DNA of 64,000 nucleotides, taken from a virus. The stretch spans positions 31,174-95,173 of the IMG/VR virus record IMGVR_UViG_3300042922_000661; one strand, given 5' to 3'. A program made the translations under genes and the position numbers. This document shows, piece after piece, positions 56,126 to 64,000 of this stretch. The stretch's first letter is position 1. Every line of letters begins with the position of its first letter. Under the pieces are notes generated by a model. The model did no database searches and was not told the DNA's origin. It worked only from the letters and a program-made list of their open reading frames with translations.

Positions 56126-57130
56126 ATGAAAGCACTCCGCACAGTAACGGATCGTTTTTCACTCATTGATAAGATTCGCCGCTATACGCCGCAGAATGAT
56201 CGCAATTATCTACTGCGCTCTGTACGCGAAACGTTCAGAAGTCCTGAGACCCAGGAGCGTATTCAGCTGGGGGAAATGTTCGGCTATTACGGCCACGGAC
56301 GACGCGCAGCCTACTACGCCAAAACTGGTCGGCTTAACCTGCCAGAATTTGCAGTTGTCACGATTGACGGTAAGCCAGTAACGCTGGAAAACGTGCCGTC
56401 AAACCGTACGCTCGATGTAGAAGTTGATGATAACGGCATTGTTACCCACGTTCAGGAGATTCTGGATACCGAACCCGGCAACATTGTTGATGGCATGAAC
56501 CGCTCCCGTGCTGGTGGCTGGTCATGGGCGACAGGCGGCGATGATAATGCCATATCTAAAGTTACGAGCTTTCACGGCTTCGATTACGTGACCAATCCAA
56601 ACTATATCAGCCAGGATCACCCGGCTCTGTTACTGGAATCGGCCACTGAACGCGCCGACATGATGCACGCGGGCTTGCTGGAAAAGGGATATTCAGAGAA
56701 CCAGGCGGCTGACATTATCCAGCACTTTGAGTCGATGCGCAGCCAGTCGGCAATGCTGGAGTCTGGCGATTCTGCCGTACTGGAGTCGGCGCTTCACATT
56801 GAGCACGGCAAGCGTCTGGAGGTGGAGGAACGTCTGAGGAACGCGCAGCTGATGATCGAGAGTGCAGGCACCGTGGCAAAAGCCCGCCGCCGCATCATGA
56901 AAGACGCGCTGGCCAACATGCCGCTATTTTTAAGTAAATCCCAGCAGGCCGCATTGTGCCGGATGGATACGCCGGAAGACGCGCAGATCGTCGCTGCAAT
57001 GCTGGAATCCATTGGTTCAAACGTCACGGCAACACTGCCAATCGGCGTTGGCCACCAGCACACGTTGCCTCAGACACGGCCTGCCGTAGTCGATGACATT
57101 CCGCTTCTATGGATTAATCCAAAAAAATAA
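56126..57130 (+). CDS. pro: Prohead processing protease
   Basis: GYYGHGRR, GGWSWATGG and GFDYV motifs; internal LES sites; GAGG RBS at 56126. Confidence 0.8.
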   Translation: MKALRTVTDRFSLIDKIRRYTPQNDRNYLLRSVRETFRSPETQERIQLGEMFGYYGHGRRAAYYAKTGRLNLPEFAVVTIDGKPVTLENVPSNRTLDVEVDDNGIVTHVQEILDTEPGNIVDGMNRSRAGGWSWATGGDDNAISKVTSFHGFDYVTNPNYISQDHPALLLESATERADMMHAGLLEKGYSENQAADIIQHFESMRSQSAMLESGDSAVLESALHIEHGKRLEVEERLRNAQLMIESAGTVAKARRRIMKDALANMPLFLSKSQQAALCRMDTPEDAQIVAAMLESIGSNVTATLPIGVGHQHTLPQTRPAVVDDIPLLWINPKK

Positions 57131-57168
57131 AGGGGCATGAAAGACCGTGCCCGAAAATTGGGCACGCT

Positions 57169-57232
57169 TTAGAATAATCTAAAAATTAAGAAAAACCTGA
57201 GTATTGATCCGGAACGGGATCGCGTTTATCAT
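57169..57232 (+). promoter_or_regulatory. repL promoter with operator-like sites and two GATCs
   Basis: TTAGAAT-AATCTAA back to back, then TTGATC-17-TATCAT. Confidence 0.6.
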
Positions 57233-57466
57233 CCGCGCTCTGACACAGTTTAGCGGCTGGATCAGAGAACGAAAAAAAATCGCCTGTTAGCGCAGACGAT
57301 TTTTTATCAACTTTGTGTGGTTATCGAGACCACACCGGCGTTGAGCCGAACAGCTTCTTTCACTGGAAGTTGCAACCCACTGTCAGTAACTGCAATACAA
57401 GATGTTTTTTAGCGGAACACCTTGTGGGACAGGAGTACAACAGTGTCTGTAGCAAGGAACTAAGAC

Positions 57467-58354
57467 GTGTCTATAGTAGCTAATAGCGCCGATCCCGGCA
57501 ACACTTTTCCCTCATTCCGCTCAAATAATGAGCACAGATCTATCCGAATTACAGGCTTCGATTTAACTCACATCATCGAACTTTCCCCCTTACCAAAAAG
57601 CATTACCCGCGTTTTGAAATTTGCCTGCAATCTGGCGGGTTCAACGACCGACTTCATCATCATCAAGTCACTTAGAAATTTGGCTGAAGAAGCTGGATGC
57701 AGCATTTCTACCGTTCAGCGTGCTTACCGTGAAGCAGTCAAGCTGGGAATACTCAGTTATGAAGAGCAGCGTGACGAGAAGAATCACAGTATCAGCAAGC
57801 CGAGTAAGTACACGTTTACCAGCAAAACGCTGTCCTTTGTCCGGGCAAGTCTGGACGCTTTAAAAGAAGCAAATCTGAAACCGTCAGGACGTCAGAATAT
57901 TGTCCGGAGGGTTATCGCTAAAGCATTCTTTAAAAACGATTTTATCCACAGCGCCCCTAGTCAGAATGAACAGGCCTCCCTTGGTCAAAATGACCAACAA
58001 GAAGTAAGAGATCACACCAGAAAAAGAAAAATAAAAAATAGGAAGCCAATAATTTCTGAGGTTAAGAAATCAGCAGAACAATCACCAGCACCTGTGAAGA
58101 AGTTCGGGTTTTACCAGGATACGCAGAAGCAATTGGCTGCAGCATCATCAGCTGCGCAGAATGAGCGGCACGCAGCAGAGTTTCAGCGCAAAGGCCGAAT
58201 ACTGCATGAAGCGTACCGGTCTCTGAAGTCCACGTTTAAAAACAAGCCAGCTGGTGGCCAGAAGCAAAAAAGCCGCCGCTACGTTGTATCGTTAAACGGC
58301 GACTGCACGAAGGGAATGGACTACTCGATCCCCGAAGGATTTCGCGGCTATTAA
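57467..58354 (+). CDS. repL: Lytic replication initiator RepL
   Basis: N-terminal HTH (AEEAGCSISTVQRAYREAVKLGILS) and terminal IPEGFRG match recalled P1 RepL. Confidence 0.85.
   Translation: MSIVANSADPGNTFPSFRSNNEHRSIRITGFDLTHIIELSPLPKSITRVLKFACNLAGSTTDFIIIKSLRNLAEEAGCSISTVQRAYREAVKLGILSYEEQRDEKNHSISKPSKYTFTSKTLSFVRASLDALKEANLKPSGRQNIVRRVIAKAFFKNDFIHSAPSQNEQASLGQNDQQEVRDHTRKRKIKNRKPIISEVKKSAEQSPAPVKKFGFYQDTQKQLAAASSAAQNERHAAEFQRKGRILHEAYRSLKSTFKNKPAGGQKQKSRRYVVSLNGDCTKGMDYSIPEGFRGY
57942..58045 (+). other. Candidate lytic origin oriL within repL
   Basis: Perfect DnaA box TTATCCACA; direct repeats CCCCTAGTCAGAATGAACA / CCCTTGGTCAAAATGACCA; A-rich tract. Confidence 0.55.
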
Positions 58355-58842
58355 TCCACTAAGGTGCCACCAGCGTTCTTGTAGGCAGTCAGCAGCATTT
58401 CAATTGGGTGCGTTTTCTGACCATACGGCGATCCGGTGAGTGACGCCCAAATGTCATTGATTTTGCCAATAGCCGTGCGGATCCGTCCAGCCAGGACGTC
58501 TGCGTAAGCACCCTGCTCTTTCAGCAGCTGATCGAGTAAACGCTCCTGTGAGGCAGGACTGAAGTCAGGCAGGCACAGCTGATTTTTGTAGGCAGGCCAG
58601 TAGCGGTAAAGCTGCTGATAACGTCCGGCTGCGGTAGAGGCTAGGCCATTACTGTTAAGCGCTTTTGGACGGCGATTTGCAAACGGATGATCGCTGAAGT
58701 CGGTAAAGATTTCGCCCTGCTTTTCGCCCAGTCCAGTAACGATGACGTCATAGCCATGCATACGGGTTAACGGGTGAGTACTGGTGCCTTCTGAAAAGGC
58801 CAGCATATCGCCAAATGCTTTGCGGTTTGCGGATTGCTCCAT
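58351..58842 (-). CDS. Endolysin, lambda-R-type lytic transglycosylase
   Basis: AFSEGT, STAAGRYQ, DFSPASQE and WASLTGSPYGQ motifs. Confidence 0.88.
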   Translation of the reverse strand: MEQSANRKAFGDMLAFSEGTSTHPLTRMHGYDVIVTGLGEKQGEIFTDFSDHPFANRRPKALNSNGLASTAAGRYQQLYRYWPAYKNQLCLPDFSPASQERLLDQLLKEQGAYADVLAGRIRTAIGKINDIWASLTGSPYGQKTHPIEMLLTAYKNAGGTLVD

Positions 58843-58876
58843 TTTGTTTCCACTCTCTTTTTTGATGAAGAGCGGC

Positions 58877-58897
58877 AATGTATGGAGTTTGTAATTT
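58877..58897 (-). promoter_or_regulatory. Putative late promoter of the endolysin
   Basis: AAATTACA-AACTCCA-TACATT. Confidence 0.75.
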
Positions 58898-58944
58898 CCG
58901 ATGGGAAAAAGGCCGCATTGCGCGGCCTCTGTAATTATGAGGAA

Positions 58945-60327
58945 TTACTCTGTAACGGTTGCCAGTGGAGCGGCGGACTCAAACATGGCGAAACTAATTC
59001 CTTTCCCTTCGCCAAATTCATCTTCAATTTCCCCGGATACAGCTGTAAGAACATCGGTTAACGACAGTTCACCGCCGCCGAACATATCCCCCAGCGCCTG
59101 CTGCTGATGTAGAAGCTCATCGTTGATCTTCTGCGCCATCTTTTTAAACGCAGCCCCGATGCGTTTCGCACTACGGTTGTTTGCCACGATAAACAGCGCC
59201 AGAGCTTCTGCCTCTTTGCTGGATTCCTCAAACAGCCCCTGCTGTGCCAGCACTTCCTGTATGGCCTGCCCGCTGTCTTTTGCCTGGCGAACCAGCTTGA
59301 TAGCATCCTGCAGCGCGGCAATTGCCTGCTGATCGAGACCATCAACTGACTGCACCCCGTCCACCAGCCCGGTGACGGCCTGCCGGTGAACGTCTCCGGA
59401 CAGCATCTGCATCTGTGCAAACTCACTTGCCGCCGTATTGAGCGCCGTCAGGATGTTGCGCATTTCCGGGTCCGGCTCTTCGGATACCAGCTTAACCAGC
59501 CGCTCGTCTTTATAGGCGCGGGCAAAGATCGCATTCTGCATGCGGTCAATCAGCTGCTTCGTCGGGCGCCCATCTTCGGTCAGCAGGCCTGCTGTCGCCG
59601 TGTCGCCAATCTCTTTCATGAATGCCCGGATAAAGCCGTCATTTGAGCGCGCCAGAGGATTGCCGTCATCGGACGGATTGAAGATGGCCATTAGCCGCTC
59701 GTCGAGCATTTCAGCATCAACGAAAGCCTTTTCACTCGCCGCCATTTCCTGCAAATCAGAGAGATTGGAGTCTTTCGCAAACTGCGCCCGGTCAACATCC
59801 GTAATGCGCTCACGCACCAGTACCGGCATATCCATCTGTGCGATATCCGACGCTTTAAGGCCGTAGTCTTTTGCGTGGTCAATCAGGTACTGCCGGTACT
59901 CATCGGCCTGTCCCTGCTCATAGGCACGGGTGATCCCCATTGAGCGGCCATTGCCCGACTCCACCACATTATCAGCGCCCACGATTGGCGCGCCGTGGCT
60001 GCTCATGCCTGAATCAGTCAGCTTCGCCGGTCGGAGGTTTCCCGCGATTTTAGAGACCTGCACTTTACTGGTCAGGCGGGTGCGGTCGCGCGGCTGCAAC
60101 TCAGCCGGGAAAAGTGGGTTAATGGTGCCGTCGAGATTGTTGGAGATAATCAGGTGCCGTACATCCACCACTTTAAATGCGGTCTTTACTTCCTGCCCTT
60201 TGCCGGTGACGACATATGACGATCGCCCGGTTGTGGTCTGCGCCTTACGCAATGAGCCCACCAGCCCGATCAGGGCAAATATGCTGCCAGCGTCGCTCAG
60301 CAGATTTCGAATTTTCTCGTTCAGCAT
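58945..60327 (-). CDS. ddrB: DdrB-like protein (ParB-like domain), short form
   Basis: LQPRDR and GAPIV..NVVESGNGR motifs; position after ddrA. Confidence 0.7.
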   Translation of the reverse strand: MLNEKIRNLLSDAGSIFALIGLVGSLRKAQTTTGRSSYVVTGKGQEVKTAFKVVDVRHLIISNNLDGTINPLFPAELQPRDRTRLTSKVQVSKIAGNLRPAKLTDSGMSSHGAPIVGADNVVESGNGRSMGITRAYEQGQADEYRQYLIDHAKDYGLKASDIAQMDMPVLVRERITDVDRAQFAKDSNLSDLQEMAASEKAFVDAEMLDERLMAIFNPSDDGNPLARSNDGFIRAFMKEIGDTATAGLLTEDGRPTKQLIDRMQNAIFARAYKDERLVKLVSEEPDPEMRNILTALNTAASEFAQMQMLSGDVHRQAVTGLVDGVQSVDGLDQQAIAALQDAIKLVRQAKDSGQAIQEVLAQQGLFEESSKEAEALALFIVANNRSAKRIGAAFKKMAQKINDELLHQQQALGDMFGGGELSLTDVLTAVSGEIEDEFGEGKGISFAMFESAAPLATVTE

Positions 60328-60371
60328 TTTGATTCCGGGAATAAAAAAACCCCGCCGAAACGGGGTGATGA

Positions 60372-60767
60372 TTAAGCAGCGAGGCCGCTGGCGGCTATCC
60401 AGCTGGCGGTCTGCTCTTTCGCATCGTCCAACTCCAGATAGACGCCGATGTAGTCACCGACACGGCGTAGGGTTTCGACAAAATCCAGCTGCGCCTGGTG
60501 CATGAACTTCCCGGCCAGAAAGTCTGTAACCACTTCAGGAACGGGCTGATCTTCTTTCACGGGTTCCGGCTGTTGTTCCGGTGCTGGTGCCGGTACCGGA
60601 TCGCTGGTGGCGGGTGCTGGCGCAGCGCCATAACCCAGCTGGAGCATGATTGCCTCCATCTGGTCATTGAGATCCAGAAGGTCCAGTCCCTTAACGGTCG
60701 GGGCTTTGACAATCAACTCGTCCAGCTGGTCGGCTAAATCCAGCTTTTGCAGTGCGGTTAACGTCAT
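60372..60767 (-). CDS. ddrA: DdrA
   Basis: MTLTALQKLDLADQLDEL...IMLQLGYG matches recalled P1 DdrA. Confidence 0.8.
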   Translation of the reverse strand: MTLTALQKLDLADQLDELIVKAPTVKGLDLLDLNDQMEAIMLQLGYGAAPAPATSDPVPAPAPEQQPEPVKEDQPVPEVVTDFLAGKFMHQAQLDFVETLRRVGDYIGVYLELDDAKEQTASWIAASGLAA

Positions 60768-63295
60768 GCCGCCACCCCATTACGTTGCACGGCCACCAGC
60801 AGATCGCTCAGGTGTTGCACGGCGTCATTGACCAGGGATTCGTTTTCATCGAACACACCAGCTGCCGTCAGTGCGGCAATGGCGTCGCGCACCTGGTTTC
60901 GGCCAGCGCGGATCACGTCCATATCGTCGGTTTCAAGCGAGGTCAGCCCTTGAAGGTAATCAATTGCCTTCTTCGCTTCGGTATCAGCTTCTGGCTCCGG
61001 TTCCGGCTGTGGTTCGGGTACTGGCTCCGACTGCGGTACCGGTACCGGCTCTGGTACTGGTTGCGGCCCGATTAACTCTTCAACCTGCGGGATACGCTTG
61101 CCAGTTATCATGGCTGCGTTTACTGCGGCCAGATATTCAGGACTCTGGTTTGCCGTCACGTAGTCAGCTATCTGGATCATCTGCTCACTGTCGTAGCCCA
61201 GCGTTTCGGCCCAGGTATTTACCAGCTCTGACGTCCAGCCAACCAAGTCGCCCAAGCGTTTAGCGGCAATCCAGAAAGGGTCCGTAATTTCACGATCGTC
61301 AGTTACTGAAGGTTCTCCCTGTCCTGCTTCACCTGCTGCCAGGGTCTGCAATCTGGCATTAATCGCGTTGTTGAAATAGGTCAGGTCGTCGCCTTCCGGA
61401 TAAGCCACGCCGGTAAGATTTTTACGGGCAACCATGCGCACCTGTTTTGCGTAGGTGTCTGGATCCTCAGCTGACATTTCCAGATACTGCGCGGCGTAGT
61501 CACTCATCTTTTCCGCCACGGTTGCGGCCAATGCATCAAGATCCGCATGTGTCGGGATCAGCTTCAGCTCAAAGTCAGCAACCTCTTTGTCAGTTAGTGG
61601 CCGGTCATAAGAAATGATGCCATTACGGGCAATGCCGCTATACGGTTCACCCGCTGCCGGCTGGTCTGCGACGGATGCATATTCAGGCGGTACAGCGCCA
61701 ATACCCACGGGCCTGTTTACAAGCGCATAACGCCAGACGGTTGCTGGTGTGACGGCTTCAGGCTGTGGCTGTGGCTGTGGCTGTGGCTGTGGCTGTGGCT
61801 GTGGCTGTGGTTCAGGTTGTGGCTCTGTCGCTGGTTCTTCTGCAGGCAATTCAGCGCCGTTCATCCAGTCGGTTTTGATCTGCTTCCAGGCTGCCATAAA
61901 GACCGACTTATCGCCTCGATCTACTCCGTAGAACAACGCGATGTCACCCTCTTTTTCGCCAGCTTCTTCGGTCTGAGAATTAGTGAAGTCTTTGTCTAAC
62001 TGCTTCTCAGCGTAACGCATGAAGTCTTCCGGCCCCTCAACTGACATAAGAAGGCGCCCGTCACGTTCCGCGCCATCGCCTTTGGTCATTTCAGTAGCAC
62101 GCGCTGACAGCTTGCGTTGCCCCGGAGTTGGCTCTGGTTCTACCGGCGCTACTGGTTCTGGCGCATGTGCCTTGACGCGATATTGCTCCGCCGCGCCGGA
62201 GCGGTAGGCTTTCAGCAGTTTGGTAGCCGTTTTACCCATTTCTGCGCCCTGGCTGGATTTAGACGGCATTTCATACGTGGCGCCGTCAGCTTCAGTGATG
62301 ATCACCTTGCCTTCCAGTTCACCGTTCTGGTCAAAGGTATGGTAACGAACAGTCGCGCCATTACTTAACGTGGCTTTACCGTCCATGCTCATGCGTGCCT
62401 TTACCTGAATAGTGCGATCGCTGAAGGTGTCCGTATTTGCTGGCTCACTGGTTTTTGACTGCTGCAGCGCCGACAGCTGCTCGGTAAGATCAGCATTAAT
62501 CTGACGTTGGTTTGCCACCTTTTCGCGCAGCGTCTGCTCATTGCTCTGCTGCACCTGTACGCGTGCCGTCTGTGCGTCCACCACTTCAAGTAGTGCTGAC
62601 TGCTGTTCTGCCAGCTGATCGGTCTCCGCCTGCGTGGTTTCCACTTCAGCGCGCAACTTTGTCTGTGCGTCCTTCTGCTTCGTGAATTTGCCGCTGTTCT
62701 TCTCAATCAGGTTCGAAAGCGCCTGTGTAACCTGCAGCAGCGATACGTCACGTCCACCAATCGGCGCAACGATGTGCGTCACGTCGCGCTTGTTGATCAG
62801 GAACTGGAAAGCCACCAGCGTATCCTGATTGCGGATTTTGCCGTTGTCCGCGGTTGGTGAGTGGAACACCAGTGACACGGTTTGTCCGTCCGATAATGGG
62901 ATCAGCGCGCTCATAACCGGTATGCTGGCCACACGGCGCACCTTGCCAATCACCGCGCCGCCCACGGTCTTCTGACCGGTAATATCCACGCCAGCGTCGT
63001 CCGTGCCTGCGCTGATATTGGTACCGTTCAGGCCACGGTTTAAGGCTTTAACAAAGGCGCGCATAGTTTGCGCCAGGCGCATACGCTCCGTGCTGATCGC
63101 CTCAAACATCGCACCCGGTAGAACGGTTTCTTCACCCAGATATGTCTGATCGATATCATCGATCGTGGCGCTTTCCAGCATCATATCCGCGCTGCTGCCG
63201 GTCATCAGGCCGTCATATACTGCCTGCGCCAGCATCGCGCCCGGTGTACGGCTCTGAAAGTCCAGCACCATACGGTTGCTTAAAATCTCACTCAT
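60764..63295 (-). CDS. darA: DarA antirestriction internal head protein
   Basis: SDGQTVSLVFHSP, INKRDVTHIVAP and YALVNRP..GAVP...GIISYDRPL motifs; between hdf and ddrA. Confidence 0.85.
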   Translation of the reverse strand: MSEILSNRMVLDFQSRTPGAMLAQAVYDGLMTGSSADMMLESATIDDIDQTYLGEETVLPGAMFEAISTERMRLAQTMRAFVKALNRGLNGTNISAGTDDAGVDITGQKTVGGAVIGKVRRVASIPVMSALIPLSDGQTVSLVFHSPTADNGKIRNQDTLVAFQFLINKRDVTHIVAPIGGRDVSLLQVTQALSNLIEKNSGKFTKQKDAQTKLRAEVETTQAETDQLAEQQSALLEVVDAQTARVQVQQSNEQTLREKVANQRQINADLTEQLSALQQSKTSEPANTDTFSDRTIQVKARMSMDGKATLSNGATVRYHTFDQNGELEGKVIITEADGATYEMPSKSSQGAEMGKTATKLLKAYRSGAAEQYRVKAHAPEPVAPVEPEPTPGQRKLSARATEMTKGDGAERDGRLLMSVEGPEDFMRYAEKQLDKDFTNSQTEEAGEKEGDIALFYGVDRGDKSVFMAAWKQIKTDWMNGAELPAEEPATEPQPEPQPQPQPQPQPQPQPQPEAVTPATVWRYALVNRPVGIGAVPPEYASVADQPAAGEPYSGIARNGIISYDRPLTDKEVADFELKLIPTHADLDALAATVAEKMSDYAAQYLEMSAEDPDTYAKQVRMVARKNLTGVAYPEGDDLTYFNNAINARLQTLAAGEAGQGEPSVTDDREITDPFWIAAKRLGDLVGWTSELVNTWAETLGYDSEQMIQIADYVTANQSPEYLAAVNAAMITGKRIPQVEELIGPQPVPEPVPVPQSEPVPEPQPEPEPEADTEAKKAIDYLQGLTSLETDDMDVIRAGRNQVRDAIAALTAAGVFDENESLVNDAVQHLSDLLVAVQRNGVAA
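61761..61808. repeat. (GGCTGT)8 microsatellite encoding a Gln-Pro linker in DarA
   Basis: Eight perfect hexamers. Confidence 0.95.
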
Positions 63296-63912
63296 TACGC
63301 TGCCTCTTCCAGTTGGGCGATCTGCTCTTTCAGCTGGCGGGTGAGCGCCTGCTCCTGATTTAGCTCGGTCTGTAAGCTGTCCGCGTTTTTCTGTGCCGCG
63401 TTGGCATCCCGCGTCAGTTGATCTGCCTTCGCTTTAGTTTCCGTAATCCCCGCTTTGTAGGCGTCACGCTGCTGGCGCACTTCTGCCAGCAGCTGTACGG
63501 AAGATTTCACGCCGCGTTTCGGCTGCGGCGTATCGTCTTTACTGGCAGCAGCACGGGCCATCTTGCGCGCCAGCGCCTTCTGAAACGCCGTCGAGCCTTT
63601 CTTAAACAGAGCGGCCAGCGTGCGGCCCAATTCAGCAATCGTGGTTACGTGGGTAAAAGGTGCGTTTTTACCGTTCAGCTTCAGGCCAGAAATGTCGCCG
63701 CTGTCATTGACCTGCACGGTCATAACCTGCTCGTCCATACCGGTAAGGTTGAAGGTTTTAGTGGGTACGCCATCCTTTTTGCGCGCTGTGCCGGCGCCGG
63801 TGATTTTGGCTATCTCATAGCCGCTGGTGACGATCGCCTTTTTCAGCTTCGCCAGTCCTTTCTCGTTGAGCTCGTCAAAGTTCAGCAGGACATAGGTTTT
63901 AGGATTAGACAC
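63295..63912 (-). CDS. hdf: Hdf (homolog of DarA fragment)
   Basis: 205 aa; FDELNEKGL...GDISGLKLNGK; coiled-coil tail; synteny. Confidence 0.8.
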   Translation of the reverse strand: MSNPKTYVLLNFDELNEKGLAKLKKAIVTSGYEIAKITGAGTARKKDGVPTKTFNLTGMDEQVMTVQVNDSGDISGLKLNGKNAPFTHVTTIAELGRTLAALFKKGSTAFQKALARKMARAAASKDDTPQPKRGVKSSVQLLAEVRQQRDAYKAGITETKAKADQLTRDANAAQKNADSLQTELNQEQALTRQLKEQIAQLEEAA

Positions 63913-64000
63913 TGTATTCCCCCTGTTCTGACTTCTTCAGGTGGTACTTTTTGGACACGGTGTCCTCCAGCGGGAAGATGCGATAAAGAGGATTCAGGCG
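63905..64000 (-). CDS. lydB: LydB-like protein, C-terminal fragment
   Basis: ...RLNPLYRIFPLEDTVSKKYHLKKSEQGEYSV*; overlaps the hdf start as in P1. Confidence 0.6.
   Translation of the reverse strand, partial: RLNPLYRIFPLEDTVSKKYHLKKSEQGEYSV

Overview
This 64-kb window is part of a P1-like (Punavirus-type) phage-plasmid, most likely from a Pantoea-like enterobacterium: its recombinase and 34-bp target closely resemble the Panto/pox system as I recall it. P1-type core: tail/baseplate genes 6-24-7-25-26, ref, a plasmid replicon (DnaA boxes, five GATC sites, five iterons, repA, downstream incA-like iterons), a Cre-family recombinase with its lox-type site, c1, pacB/pacA with an internal TGATCA pac array, lpa, lxc-ulx-darB, portal, prohead protease, repL, endolysin and ddrB-ddrA-darA-hdf-lydB. 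Two regulatory codes can be read directly: a late promoter (AAATTACA-N7-TACnnT, six copies) and a probable C1 operator (AWTCTAA, often as a 7-8-7 palindrome). Accessory cargo: two tandem colicin-M-family bacteriocins sharing one immunity gene, a GT17 glycosyltransferase, two umuDC loci (one with a pre-cleaved UmuD'-like subunit), ParMR partitioning, HicAB-like and Phd/RelE-like TA pairs, a zeta-toxin-like kinase, HEPN and DUF2971 proteins, a Septu-like ATPase+HNH pair, and three DUF2829/Tad2-like proteins (one behind a C4-type antisense switch). The most unusual feature is a ~2 kb early region (37.9-40.1 kb) of repeated modules: long hairpin, then a tRNA-like RNA without a normal anticodon arm, then a tiny hydrophobic ORF. 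All family assignments come from motif recognition and recalled sequences; no searches were run.
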